64,000 bases of DNA from the IMG/VR virus record IMGVR_UViG_3300028559_000025, positions 12,728 through 76,727 of that record; one strand, given 5' to 3'. Below, piece by piece: positions 11,413 to 21,790 of this stretch. How positions within the stretch are numbered: the first letter of the stretch is position 1; every line of letters starts with the position of its first letter. A program made the translations under genes and the position numbers. The notes under the pieces are model-generated. The model saw only the letters and a program-made list of their open reading frames with translations. It was not told where the DNA came from and made no database searches. The stretch comes from a virus.

Positions 11413-12012
11413 ATGATAAAAGAAGAAGTTGCACCAGGTATAGTTGTATATAATAATGTAATTCCAGATAGCGAAAATCTATACAAAGATATTGAAGAAG
11501 GTATAATTTCTGCGGGATTAAAATGGATAGAAGCAGAAGTAAAAGAATCTTCAGATCCAATGGTAAATACTAAAACAAGAGATACAAGCGCTATTGGTAT
11601 TCCTTACATGGGTGGTCTTAAAGATATATCAACAGAAAGTAAGTCTGAGACCTTTCTTATAAACACTAATAATATGTTTTTTAAAAATTTTGATCCAATA
11701 GAAAAAGATTATATGCAAACATACGGGGTATATTCAGAGTGGCACGACACCTATGGCATTTTAAAATATGGATCTGGTCAGTTTTTCAGTAACCATATAG
11801 ATGACCACCCTACATATCATAGAAGAATTTCTACTCTATACTATTTAAATGATAACTATACAGGTGGAGAAATTAATTTTCCTCGTTTTAATATTACTTT
11901 TAAACCAAAAGCTAATCAAATGATTTTATTTCCATCAACCTATGTCTATAACCACTCAGTGTCTCCAGTTATTGAAGGAGAAAGATATGCTGTGGTTTCA
12001 TGGATGAAGTAG
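11413..12012 (+). CDS. 2OG-Fe(II) oxygenase, prolyl 4-hydroxylase-like
   Basis: HxD (HID), YLNDNYTGGEINF, distal His and 2OG-binding Arg (HSVSPVIEGERY). Confidence 0.85.
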   Translation: MIKEEVAPGIVVYNNVIPDSENLYKDIEEGIISAGLKWIEAEVKESSDPMVNTKTRDTSAIGIPYMGGLKDISTESKSETFLINTNNMFFKNFDPIEKDYMQTYGVYSEWHDTYGILKYGSGQFFSNHIDDHPTYHRRISTLYYLNDNYTGGEINFPRFNITFKPKANQMILFPSTYVYNHSVSPVIEGERYAVVSWMK

Positions 12013-12029
12013 TCTGATACAATATAAGT

Positions 12030-12959
12030 ATGGATAAAATTTTTGTAAGTCTTGCTGGGTATAGAGATCCAGATTTAATTAATACAGTTAGAAGTTTTTA
12101 CGAAAATGCAAAAAATAAAGATAATCTGTTTTTTTCTTTAGTCTCACATGAAGGACCAGAAACAAATTTTGATTTTTCATTTATACCAAAAGAACAAATA
12201 TCTTATCAAAAGATTGACTATAAATTAGCAGATGGAGCATGCTCTGGAAGACATTTAGCTAACTCCCTACTATCTGATCAATATAAATATTTTTTGCATA
12301 CAGACTCTCACTCAAGAGCAAAAGTAGAATGGGATAGAATGCTTATTGATGAATATACTAAGTGTTCTTCAAAATGGGGAACAGATTATATATTTACTAA
12401 ATACCCCCATGGATTTTTAAAAGAGTGGGATGAAAATGGAAACGGCACTGACAAAATAAATCTAAATAACGAAAGTTTACATAAGGTAGTTCCAGAGTGG
12501 GATGAAATAGAGAATGTTTATTTGTTAAGATGGAGAGACCTTGAGGACTTAGAGTTTGGCGATAAAGTTTATGGCTTTGCTGCTAACTTTGCTTTTGGTT
12601 CTGTAAAGGCATTTATGAAGGCCCCATATGATCCATATTTATATTTTCTAGGAGAAGAAATAAGCCTTGGAGTTCGTCTTTCAGTACAAGGGGTAAATCT
12701 AGTTGCCCCAGCAATCAATGCAATATATACAAATTACGATAGAGATAATGGAAAAAGGGGTGGGTTTCATTGGAATGATAATTCAAACTGGGGATTAAGA
12801 GATAAAAGCGCAAGAGAAAGACTGACAAAACTATTTACTCTACAAGATTTGGGAATGTATGGATTACAAGATCACGTTGAAGAGTATAGAGCTTTGCAAA
12901 CAGAAATGGGTCTTGACTTTGAATCAAAAGATTATATAAAGCCAATTTATAAAAACTAA
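12030..12959 (+). CDS. GT60-family glycosyltransferase ([Skp1]-hydroxyproline N-acetylglucosaminyltransferase-like)
   Basis: N-terminal IFVSLAGYRD, DSH motif (YFLHTDSHSR..WD) and PYDPYLYFLGEE, all characteristic of the Gnt1/GlcNAc family. Confidence 0.8.
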   Translation: MDKIFVSLAGYRDPDLINTVRSFYENAKNKDNLFFSLVSHEGPETNFDFSFIPKEQISYQKIDYKLADGACSGRHLANSLLSDQYKYFLHTDSHSRAKVEWDRMLIDEYTKCSSKWGTDYIFTKYPHGFLKEWDENGNGTDKINLNNESLHKVVPEWDEIENVYLLRWRDLEDLEFGDKVYGFAANFAFGSVKAFMKAPYDPYLYFLGEEISLGVRLSVQGVNLVAPAINAIYTNYDRDNGKRGGFHWNDNSNWGLRDKSARERLTKLFTLQDLGMYGLQDHVEEYRALQTEMGLDFESKDYIKPIYKN

Positions 12960-13014
12960 GCAATACTCGTATTGCAAGCGTGTGATATACTTATAATAAA
13001 GCAAAAGGGGAAAA

Positions 13015-13149
13015 ATGACTACAAAACATGATCTTGTGATAACTGCACTACAGCAAAGAATAGGCGAGCTAGTAACTCACTATGAAACACAAATGGCTAT
13101 TCTTAGAGCAGATATTACAATGCTGGCTGGTGAAAAAGAAGAAGATTAG
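13015..13149 (+). CDS. Small coiled-coil protein (not in the ORF track)
   Basis: MTTKHDLVITALQQRIGELVTHYETQMAILRADIT..., with AAGGGG RBS. Confidence 0.55.
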   Translation: MTTKHDLVITALQQRIGELVTHYETQMAILRADITMLAGEKEED

Positions 13150-13157
13150 GATACTTA

Positions 13158-13349
13158 ATGTTAAAATGCAGCAAGTGTGATGGACGTGTATTTGTTGATA
13201 GACAATATACAAGTGTTGACCATATAGAAACATCTTGTCTTACATGTGGCAATAGAAAGTTTTATCACCCAGTAGGGGCGACAACAGAGGGACAATGGAT
13301 ACTTCAAAAGGAAAGATTCAGAGCCAAGCATACAATAACGAACCTGTAA
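13158..13349 (+). CDS. Zn-ribbon protein
   Basis: CSKC and CLTC pairs. Confidence 0.6.
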   Translation: MLKCSKCDGRVFVDRQYTSVDHIETSCLTCGNRKFYHPVGATTEGQWILQKERFRAKHTITNL

Positions 13350-13837
13350 TTAAGGGTAAAGTTAAAGTATGGTTTTTGAATGGTGATCTGGTCAGGGTAT
13401 ATCATAACTCCCGTTCAACTGGAATGGTTACGTTTTACAATATAACTAAAGATCGTTTAGAGACATGCTTACTTTCTGATTTCAAAAAAGGCAGAGAAAG
13501 AGCATACAGTGTAGCAGAGACTGCTAAGCTTGTCAATAGACATAGAAAGTATATGCCAAGTTTAATTAAACGAGGAGTTATTCCTCCGCCTATTGGTGCA
13601 AAGCTTAATGGTGAAAGAGGTTTTACAATTAGATCTTATTACTCTGAGTCACAGGTAAGAGAGATCCGTTCAATTTTAGCAAGCATACATATTGGTCAAC
13701 CAAGAAAAGATAAACTTATTACAAATAACATGACACCAACAACTCAAGAATTGACTCGCAGGATGGGAGATGGTATACTTACATATACGAAGACAGAAGA
13801 TGGCAGGTTCATTCCTGTTTGGTCAGAAAATATTTAA
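13295..13837 (+). CDS. Putative DNA-binding protein (MerR-like HTH)
   Basis: YSVAETAKLVNR...LIKRGVIPP...YYSESQV. Confidence 0.5.
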   Translation: MDTSKGKIQSQAYNNEPVIKGKVKVWFLNGDLVRVYHNSRSTGMVTFYNITKDRLETCLLSDFKKGRERAYSVAETAKLVNRHRKYMPSLIKRGVIPPPIGAKLNGERGFTIRSYYSESQVREIRSILASIHIGQPRKDKLITNNMTPTTQELTRRMGDGILTYTKTEDGRFIPVWSENI

Positions 13838-13857
13838 AACTATGAAATGGGTGGATA

Positions 13858-14064
13858 ATGGAAAACAATACAACAAAGATTAATGTAACACTTGGTTATA
13901 CCCTTAATCTAGGTAACTTTCAATCACTTAGACTTGATCTAGGTATCGTAGATAGCAAGCGTGATGGAGAGACTACAAACGAAGCTTTTGAGCGTGTATA
14001 TAAGTTTGTAGAAGATAAGCTAACTGAGAAGATTCAAGAAGCAAAGTCTGAAATCTCAGAGTAA
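13858..14064 (+). CDS. Conserved phage hypothetical protein
   Basis: TLNLGNFQSLRLD motif, common in phage replication modules. Confidence 0.55.
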   Translation: MENNTTKINVTLGYTLNLGNFQSLRLDLGIVDSKRDGETTNEAFERVYKFVEDKLTEKIQEAKSEISE

Positions 14065-14372
14065 TGGCTGAGCGCAAAGACCGAATGGCTTTGCTTAGCA
14101 GATACTCAAAATTGCATACTGCAAGATATGAACAAAAGCCATCTCTAAATTTAAATGTTGAACAGTGGGCCTCAGATGGTCTTATTGAGTCATACGGTAT
14201 TTCTCAATGCTATGACTTACTTGAGTATTACTTTTCTGTTGCACAAGATCCAACTTGGAACTACTTTGCATATAACGCAGAAAAAATTCTTAATGGTAAA
14301 CTAGATGTAGAACAAGATATAAAAGAGAGACAACAACGCAGGGCTAAAGCAAGGGAGTGGCTAAATGAATAA
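14064..14372 (+). CDS. Hypothetical protein
   Basis: Translationally coupled ORF before the helicase. Confidence 0.55.
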   Translation: MAERKDRMALLSRYSKLHTARYEQKPSLNLNVEQWASDGLIESYGISQCYDLLEYYFSVAQDPTWNYFAYNAEKILNGKLDVEQDIKERQQRRAKAREWLNE

Positions 14373-15588
14373 CACTGAGGCTAAAGTAATTTCAGCGGTA
14401 TTGCAAGATAAACAACTCCATGTACTACTGCAAGCCAATGTAGAGACACTGCTAAGAACACATAATGATGTATGGAACTTTATTCGTCTGTATGCTGAAA
14501 ATAATGGAACAGTGCCACCTTCATCTCTTGTGGTAGAAAAGTTTAGAGACTTTGATATTGTCAAGGATGTTGGTGCAACCAAGCACCACCTTGAAGAGCT
14601 AAAGGTTGAGTATGTTAATGATAGTATGAAGGACATATTAAGGTCTGCTGCAACTGAAGTTCAAAGTGGTCAAGGTGCACAAGCACTTGAAGAGCTAATC
14701 ACTAAGACATCTGCACTAAAGAAAAATACATCTTCTATTCGTGATATTGATGCAACAGATATTGATTCTGCAATTGCATACTTTGAAAATGTTAAAGAAC
14801 AGCAAGCACTAGGTCAGCGTGGAATTAAAACAGGCTTGCCAGGATTTGATAATTACCTGCCATCTGGAATTATGCCAGGACAGCTTGGGGTATTCCTTGC
14901 CTATCCTGGAATTGGTAAGTCATGGATGGCATTGTACTTTGCTGTGCAGGCATGGAAGCAAGGCAAGACACCACTAATTATTTCTCTTGAAATGAGTGAG
15001 ACAGAAGTTCGTAACCGTGTATTTACAATTATGGGCGAAGGTCTTTGGTCACATAGAAAACTATCAAATGGTGAAGTAGAAATTGATATGATGAAGAAGT
15101 GGCACACCAGTAAGATTGAAGGTCGTCCACCATTCCATATTATATCTAACGACTCTGGTGGAGAGGTTACACCATCTGTTATTCGTGGAAAGCTAGATCA
15201 GTATAAACCAGACTTTGTTGTGGTTGATTATCTTCAACTTATGAGTCCAAACCAGAAGGCTGATAATGAAACGGTAAAGATGAAAAATCTATCAAGAGAG
15301 CTTAAGCTAATGGCTATTAGTGAAGAAGTTCCTATTATTGCTATCTCATCTGCTACACCTGATGATGTCAAGGATATGTCCACTGTACCTACCCTTGCAC
15401 AGACAGCATGGTCAAGACAGATTGCCTACGATGCTGACTGGGTTATGGCACTTGGTCGTTCTAGCAATAGTGACATTATTGAGTGTGCATTCAGAAAAAA
15501 CCGTAATGGTTTTATGGGAGACTTCCTAGTTCAATGTGACTTTGACAAGGGGTATTATCGTTATAAGGATTTTGAAGATGGCAAGTAA
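14365..15588 (+). CDS. dnaB: Replicative DNA helicase
   Basis: Walker A AYPGIGKS, SLEM and VVVDYLQLM motifs. Confidence 0.93.
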   Translation: MNNTEAKVISAVLQDKQLHVLLQANVETLLRTHNDVWNFIRLYAENNGTVPPSSLVVEKFRDFDIVKDVGATKHHLEELKVEYVNDSMKDILRSAATEVQSGQGAQALEELITKTSALKKNTSSIRDIDATDIDSAIAYFENVKEQQALGQRGIKTGLPGFDNYLPSGIMPGQLGVFLAYPGIGKSWMALYFAVQAWKQGKTPLIISLEMSETEVRNRVFTIMGEGLWSHRKLSNGEVEIDMMKKWHTSKIEGRPPFHIISNDSGGEVTPSVIRGKLDQYKPDFVVVDYLQLMSPNQKADNETVKMKNLSRELKLMAISEEVPIIAISSATPDDVKDMSTVPTLAQTAWSRQIAYDADWVMALGRSSNSDIIECAFRKNRNGFMGDFLVQCDFDKGYYRYKDFEDGK

Positions 15589-16504
15589 AGAGATTTATAC
15601 AGAAGAGCAGATACGTCGTGTTCTTAATGGTGCAGGCTTAGACATTGAGGCTGAGTTTGGAAATGACTTTATTATATACTGTCCTTATCACAATAACACT
15701 AGAACACCAGCTGGAGAAGTAGCTAAAGATAGTGGCTTGTTCTTTTGCTTTGGATGCCAAACAACAAAAAATATTGTTGAGCTAATTATGTTTACTTCTA
15801 GCAGATCATATTTTGAAACTGTTCGCTATATTAAAAGTAAAGAGCAGCAATCAGATATTCAAGAGATAGTTGGAAAAGCATTGTACGCACCACCTGATTT
15901 TGTTCAATATGATGAGCTTCTTATTAAAAGATTAAATAAGCAAGCACTTGATGCGCCAAAAGCAATGAACTACTTCAATGGTCGTAGAATCAACAAGGAT
16001 TCTGTTATTAAGTTTGATCTAGGATATTCTGAAAAGCAGGGGTCTGTAACTATACCAGTTCATTCTCCTGACGGAATGTGCATAGGGTTTGTTGCAAGAA
16101 CTATTGAAGGTAAAGATTTTAAAAATACTCCAGGGCTTCCAAAAAGTAAGGTGCTATTTAACTTACATAGAGTCAAGAGTTCTAGTATAGTATATGTAGT
16201 GGAATCATCATTTGATGCAATCCGCTTAGATCAAGTAGGTTTTCCAGCAGTTGCAACGCTGGGTGCTAATGTGTCTGTATCTCAGATCAGACTATTAGAA
16301 AAGTACTTCAATAATGTTGTACTAATTGCAGATAACGATGAAGCTGGTAGCATTATGAAAGATAAGTTAGTTGAAAAACTAGGTCATCTTGTAACTGTTA
16401 TTAGCCTAGACAAAAAATATAAAGACATAGGAGACATGGAAGATGATGACATTAAAAAGCTGGAGTTCCAGTTTGATAATTCAATCATTTCTATGCTAAA
16501 ATAA
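15578..16504 (+). CDS. dnaG: DNA primase (Zn finger + TOPRIM)
   Basis: CPYH...CFGC zinc finger; VVES..DA and DNDEAG TOPRIM motifs. Start moved to the ATG at 15578. Confidence 0.9.
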   Translation: MASKEIYTEEQIRRVLNGAGLDIEAEFGNDFIIYCPYHNNTRTPAGEVAKDSGLFFCFGCQTTKNIVELIMFTSSRSYFETVRYIKSKEQQSDIQEIVGKALYAPPDFVQYDELLIKRLNKQALDAPKAMNYFNGRRINKDSVIKFDLGYSEKQGSVTIPVHSPDGMCIGFVARTIEGKDFKNTPGLPKSKVLFNLHRVKSSSIVYVVESSFDAIRLDQVGFPAVATLGANVSVSQIRLLEKYFNNVVLIADNDEAGSIMKDKLVEKLGHLVTVISLDKKYKDIGDMEDDDIKKLEFQFDNSIISMLK

Positions 16505-16530
16505 AAACAATAAACAAGGAGAAATAAAAA

Positions 16531-17187
16531 ATGGCAATTGTAAAAGGACTAAAAAACATTAACGCACTAGTAGATAAGCCAAAGTTTGAAGGAACTGGAA
16601 CTAAGGTTCGTTGGTTTAAGATCGCTGACGGACAAGCAGTTAAGATCCGCTTTATTGAGGAACTTGATGAAGACTCAGCCAACTACAATGTAGATCGTGG
16701 ACTGGCTCTAGTAGTATCAGAACACACAAATCCAAAGGACTATAAGCGCAAGGCTGTAGATACAATGGAATCAGAAGGACGTGACTGGGCAGAAGAGATG
16801 CATCGTAAGGACCCAAAGGCTGGCTGGAGAGCTCGTCTTCGCTTCTACTGCAACGTTCTTGTTGACGATGGAATTGAAGCACCATATGTTGCAATTTGGA
16901 ACATGGGTGTTAGCAAGCAGTCAGCATTTAATACTATCCGTGAATATGCACTTGAGACAGGTAGCATTTCAAATCTTACTTGGAAGGTAAAGCGTAATGG
17001 CCAGGGAACTGAGACAAGCTATACACTTATTCCAAGTACCCCAGATTCTGCACCATTTGATTGGTCAGGAATTGAACCTTATCCATTGGAGAAGGCTCTA
17101 AACAAGGTTCCATATGCGGAACAAGAAGCCTTTTATCTAGGCTTTGATACTCCTTCATCTTCTTCATCATCAAATATTGACTGGTAA
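16531..17187 (+). CDS. Single-stranded DNA-binding protein (gp32-like)
   Basis: Lies between primase and polymerase. KRNGQGTETSY motif, Ser/acidic tail ending in DW. Confidence 0.7.
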   Translation: MAIVKGLKNINALVDKPKFEGTGTKVRWFKIADGQAVKIRFIEELDEDSANYNVDRGLALVVSEHTNPKDYKRKAVDTMESEGRDWAEEMHRKDPKAGWRARLRFYCNVLVDDGIEAPYVAIWNMGVSKQSAFNTIREYALETGSISNLTWKVKRNGQGTETSYTLIPSTPDSAPFDWSGIEPYPLEKALNKVPYAEQEAFYLGFDTPSSSSSSNIDW

Positions 17188-17191
17188 TTAG

Positions 17192-20100
17192 ATGAATTAC
17201 GTTGGCTTACATGTCCATACTCACTACTCCTTAATGGATGGTGTTGCTACTCCAGAAGAATACGTGAACCGTGCAGTTGAGTTGGGGATGCCAGCATTGG
17301 CAATTACTGACCACGGTACTTTATCTGGGCATAGGGAACTGCACCGTATTGCAAAAGCAAATGGAATTAAGCCAATACTTGGTGTAGAAGGCTATATGAC
17401 GACAAGTATGGAAGACAAGAGGGCGAAGGCAGATCGCACAGACCCTCTTGACCAAAACTATCATCATATAGTCCTTCTCGCTAAGAACCAAATTGGTCTT
17501 GAAAACTTAAACAAGATCAATGAGATTGCATGGACAGAAGGATTCTTTAGCAAGCCAAGATTTGATTTTGAAACACTTGCTAAGTATAAAGAAGGAATTA
17601 TTGTTACATCTGCATGTTTAAGTGGATGGATAGCAAAAGCTGTTGAACTAGGAGAACTAGCAACAGCAAAGAAGCACATTCAGTGGTTTAAAAAAGAATT
17701 TGGTGATGATTACTACATTGAAGTAATGCCACACAACCCACCTGAAGTTAACAAGGGAATTATTGATCTGGCTGATGCAGCTAAGGTTAAGATTGTTGTA
17801 ACTCCAGACTGCCATCACTCAGACACAAGTCAAAAAGAAGTTCAAGAACTAATGCTTCTTCTGAACACACATGCTAAGTTGCAGAAAGATGTAACCTATG
17901 ATAAGTCTAAGAAGCACGAATCATTTATGGATCGTCTTGACTATCTATACGGTGCAGACCGTATGATGAGTTTTAATAAGTTTGATATACACTTGCTTTC
18001 ATATGAAGAAATGAAAGACGCAATGCTCAAGCAGGGCATTGATCGTGAAGATATGTTTACGTCAACTATAGAGATTGCTAATAAGGTAGAAGACTATGAC
18101 ATTAAAGAACACCTAGACTTGCTTCCAGTTCAATACAAAAAGCCAATGGATGAACTTAAGAATCTTGCAATTGAAGGATTAAAAGAAAGAAATCTAGAAA
18201 AGAATGAAGAGTATTTATCACGACTTGATGAAGAGTTAGAGATTATTGGTCAGAAAAACTTTGGACCATACTTTCTAGTAGTTCGTAACATGCTTAACTG
18301 GGCAAAGAGTGAAGGCATTATGGTAGGTCCAGGTCGTGGATCTGCTGCAGGCTCTTTGCTTTGTTACGCACTTGGAATTACTGACATTGATCCAATCAAG
18401 CATGGTCTTCTGTTTTTCCGTTTTATTAATCCAGATCGTAATGACTTCCCTGATATTGACTCAGATATTCAGGATACTCGTCGTGATGAAGTCAAAGATT
18501 ATCTAGTTCGTCAGTATCGCCATGTTGCTTCTATTGCTACATTCTTACAGTTTAAAGATAAGGGTGTGGTGCGAGATGTTGCAAGATGCCTAAATATTCC
18601 TTTGCCTGATGTAAACAAGGTACTAAAGGTTGTTGATACATGGGATGACTTCTGTAATTCAAAGAATACTTATTGGTTTAGAGAGAAGTACCCAGAAGTA
18701 GAGCGCTATGGAGATCAGCTTCGTGGAAGAATTCGTGGTACTGGAATCCACGCAGCAGGAGTTGTAACAAGCAAGGACCCAATCTTTAGATATGCTCCAT
18801 TAGAAACACGTTCAGTAACTGGACAAGATGAACGCATTCCTGTGGTAGCAGTAGATATGGGTGAGGCAGAAAACATTGGTTTGATTAAGATTGATGCTCT
18901 TGGTCTAAAGACACTTAGTGTTCTTAAAGACTGCATTGATATAATTAAAGAGCGTGAAGGAACAAAGATTGACCTTCTCAAAATTGATATGGATGATGCA
19001 AATGTTTACACTATGTTGTCTGATGGTTATACTAAAGGTGTCTTTCAGTGTGAAGCAGCACCATACACGAACCTTCTAGTTAAGATGCGTGTAAAAAACC
19101 TTGCAGAACTTGCAGCTTCAAATGCTCTGGTTCGTCCAGGTGCCATGAATACAATTGGTAAATCTTATATTGCTCGTAAGCATGGTCGTGAAAATATTGA
19201 TTATAAACATCAGGTTATGAAATCATTTACGGAGGAAACATATGGTTGTATTCTTTACCAAGAACAAGTTATGCAAGCATGCGTACAGCTTGGCGGTATG
19301 TCCATGTCGGAAGCGGATAAAGTTAGAAAGATCATTGGAAAGAAAAAGGATGCTAAAGAGTTTGATGTCTTCAAGGATCAATTTGTTAAGGGTGCTTCTC
19401 AATACCTTTCGCCGAATGATGCGCTAGACCTATGGCATGACTTTGAGGCTCACGCAGGGTACTCATTTAATAAGTCTCACGCAGTAGCATACTCAACACT
19501 ATCCTACTGGACAGCATGGTTAAAGTACCACTATCCACTAGAATTTATGTTTGCACTATTGAAGAATGAAAAAGACAAAGATGGAAGAACGGAGTATTTG
19601 ATTGAAGCAAAACGTATGGGTATCCCTGTTAAACTTCCGCATCTTAATGATTCGGAAATTGATTTTAAGATTGAAGGTAAGGGAATTAGATTTGGGCTTA
19701 CGGGTATTAAATATATCTCTGACAAAATTGCAGAAAAATATATCGCAGGCCGTCCGTTCACATCATATAAGCAAGTAGAAGAGTTTACTTTTACCAAGGG
19801 TAATGGAGTTAATAGTCGTGCACTACAGGCAATGAGATGCGTAGGAGCACTTACATTTCCAGATAATCCAGCAAATCCGCAGGAAGTTAAAGAAAATCTG
19901 TATGAGTATCTAAACCTTCCTGAGTTTAATACTTCTATTCCACAACATTACTATGCATACATAAATGATATTGAGGAATATGAAGAGACTGGATCATTTG
20001 TATTGCTTGGCATGGTAAAATCAATTAAAAGAGGAACAGGATGGTCAAGAGTTGAAGTTTTGGACAAGACTGGCAGTGTTGGTATATTTGATGAGGAGTC

Positions 20101-20467
20101 TCCGTCTATTGAGAGTGGTCGTACTTATCTCATTCTTGCAAGTGACAATAGGATTGTTTCTGCAGTACCTGCTGATGAGATAAAAGGGTCTAAAAGCTCT
20201 TTAGTAAAGTTTTTAAACTATAAGATGCTTCCATATAAAGAGGGTGAACACTTTGTTGTTTCTTTTAAACCTAGAGTAACGAAGGCTGGGAAAAAGATGG
20301 CGTCATTAGTATTGGCAGATGCTGGCAGAGAAATGCATTCAGTTGTTGTATTTCCAATGCAATTTGCAAAAGCTTATATGAAGATTGAAGAAGGAAATGT
20401 TTATAAGTTTGATTTTGGAAAAACAAAAGATGGTACCGTGACTATGAATGAGGTGGAAAGTGTTTGA
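17192..20467 (+). CDS. dnaE: DNA polymerase III alpha subunit
   Basis: PHP domain (LHVHTHYS, AITDHG), GRGSAAGS, PDIDSD and YSFNKSH motifs. Confidence 0.97.
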   Translation: MNYVGLHVHTHYSLMDGVATPEEYVNRAVELGMPALAITDHGTLSGHRELHRIAKANGIKPILGVEGYMTTSMEDKRAKADRTDPLDQNYHHIVLLAKNQIGLENLNKINEIAWTEGFFSKPRFDFETLAKYKEGIIVTSACLSGWIAKAVELGELATAKKHIQWFKKEFGDDYYIEVMPHNPPEVNKGIIDLADAAKVKIVVTPDCHHSDTSQKEVQELMLLLNTHAKLQKDVTYDKSKKHESFMDRLDYLYGADRMMSFNKFDIHLLSYEEMKDAMLKQGIDREDMFTSTIEIANKVEDYDIKEHLDLLPVQYKKPMDELKNLAIEGLKERNLEKNEEYLSRLDEELEIIGQKNFGPYFLVVRNMLNWAKSEGIMVGPGRGSAAGSLLCYALGITDIDPIKHGLLFFRFINPDRNDFPDIDSDIQDTRRDEVKDYLVRQYRHVASIATFLQFKDKGVVRDVARCLNIPLPDVNKVLKVVDTWDDFCNSKNTYWFREKYPEVERYGDQLRGRIRGTGIHAAGVVTSKDPIFRYAPLETRSVTGQDERIPVVAVDMGEAENIGLIKIDALGLKTLSVLKDCIDIIKEREGTKIDLLKIDMDDANVYTMLSDGYTKGVFQCEAAPYTNLLVKMRVKNLAELAASNALVRPGAMNTIGKSYIARKHGRENIDYKHQVMKSFTEETYGCILYQEQVMQACVQLGGMSMSEADKVRKIIGKKKDAKEFDVFKDQFVKGASQYLSPNDALDLWHDFEAHAGYSFNKSHAVAYSTLSYWTAWLKYHYPLEFMFALLKNEKDKDGRTEYLIEAKRMGIPVKLPHLNDSEIDFKIEGKGIRFGLTGIKYISDKIAEKYIAGRPFTSYKQVEEFTFTKGNGVNSRALQAMRCVGALTFPDNPANPQEVKENLYEYLNLPEFNTSIPQHYYAYINDIEEYEETGSFVLLGMVKSIKRGTGWSRVEVLDKTGSVGIFDEESPSIESGRTYLILASDNRIVSAVPADEIKGSKSSLVKFLNYKMLPYKEGEHFVVSFKPRVTKAGKKMASLVLADAGREMHSVVVFPMQFAKAYMKIEEGNVYKFDFGKTKDGTVTMNEVESV

Positions 20468-20777
20468 TGATTTAGCAATTGCATTACATGAAGTAGCAGT
20501 AGAAAAAGGTTTTTGGCCTGAAGATGTTGATGACATTTTTATTGCTAAGCAATGTATGATGATCGTATCTGAAGTAACTGAGGTTATGGAAGCAGTACGC
20601 AAAGATAAAGGCGAAGAAGAAATTGCTAAGGAAGTTGCAGACATTTTGATTCGTACACTAGATCTCTATGCAGGAATGGTTGAAGCAGGGTATACTAAGA
20701 TGTCACTAGATTATGCAATGGAAGAAAAAACTAACTTTAATAAAACTAGACCAGAAAAACACGGGGTACGATTTTAA
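20460..20777 (+). CDS. mazG: MazG-like nucleotide pyrophosphohydrolase
   Basis: SEVTEVMEA...EVADILIRTLD. Probable GTG start at 20460. Confidence 0.8.
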   Translation: MFDDLAIALHEVAVEKGFWPEDVDDIFIAKQCMMIVSEVTEVMEAVRKDKGEEEIAKEVADILIRTLDLYAGMVEAGYTKMSLDYAMEEKTNFNKTRPEKHGVRF

Positions 20778-21790
20778 TGATAACGGTAGAAGAAGTATTG
20801 GCTCAGCTTAGCCCAAAGCTAAGAAAGACTGTAATGGCTGGAGACACTATTCCAGCAACAGAATATGCAGCAACACCTAGCTTCGGTTTAAACCGTGCTC
20901 TGAATGGTGGCTTGCCATATGGAAGACAAGTACTAGTTTGGGGCTCAAAGTCCTCTGCAAAGTCCTCTCTATGCCTTCAGATGATAGGTCTAGCACAGAA
21001 GGAAGGCAAGGTTTGTGCATGGATTGATGCTGAAATGTCATACGATAAGAAGTGGGCCGAAAGTCTTGGGGTTGACTCATCAAAGCTTATTGTTTCTCAG
21101 TGTCGTACAATTAATGAGATGGTTGACGTTGGCACAAACCTAATGCAGGCTGGAGTTGATATAATAGTTATTGACTCTATTACGTCATTGCTGCCAGCAA
21201 TATACTTTGAAAAGGATTCTGATGAACTTAAGCAACTTGAAAATACCAAGCAAATTGGTGCAGAGTCTAGAGACTTTAGCAATGCATGGAAGATGCTTAA
21301 TTACGCTAATAATAAAGTTAAGCCTACTATGCTTGTGCTTATTAGCCAGTCTCGCAATAATATTAGTGCTATGTATACTAGTCAGCAGCCTACTGGTGGT
21401 CAAGCTACTAAGTTTTATTCCTCAACAGTTATTAAGTTATTTTCGTCAGAGTCAGACAATCAAGCGATTAAGGGCAAGATTCATGTTGGAGATAAACTTA
21501 TTGAAGAAAAGATTGGTCGCAAAATTCGTTGGGAACTACAGTTCTCTAAGACTTCTCCTGGCTTTCAGTCTGGCGAGTATGACTTTTATTTCAGGGGAGA
21601 TAATGTTGGTATTGATAGCATTGGTGATCTTGTTGATACGGCTGAAATGATGGGTATTGTTGAGCGCACAGGAGCATGGTATGTATTACCTGACGGTACT
21701 AAGGTACAAGGAAGAGAAGGGTTTGTTAATAGGGTTAGAGAAGATTTAGATCTACAAGACTCTATTAAGAATAAAATACTAAATGTCTGA
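20777..21790 (+). CDS. recA: RecA/UvsX-like recombinase
   Basis: GGLPYGR, P-loop GSKSSAKS, WIDAE, IVIDS and GAWY motifs. Confidence 0.92.
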   Translation: MITVEEVLAQLSPKLRKTVMAGDTIPATEYAATPSFGLNRALNGGLPYGRQVLVWGSKSSAKSSLCLQMIGLAQKEGKVCAWIDAEMSYDKKWAESLGVDSSKLIVSQCRTINEMVDVGTNLMQAGVDIIVIDSITSLLPAIYFEKDSDELKQLENTKQIGAESRDFSNAWKMLNYANNKVKPTMLVLISQSRNNISAMYTSQQPTGGQATKFYSSTVIKLFSSESDNQAIKGKIHVGDKLIEEKIGRKIRWELQFSKTSPGFQSGEYDFYFRGDNVGIDSIGDLVDTAEMMGIVERTGAWYVLPDGTKVQGREGFVNRVREDLDLQDSIKNKILNV

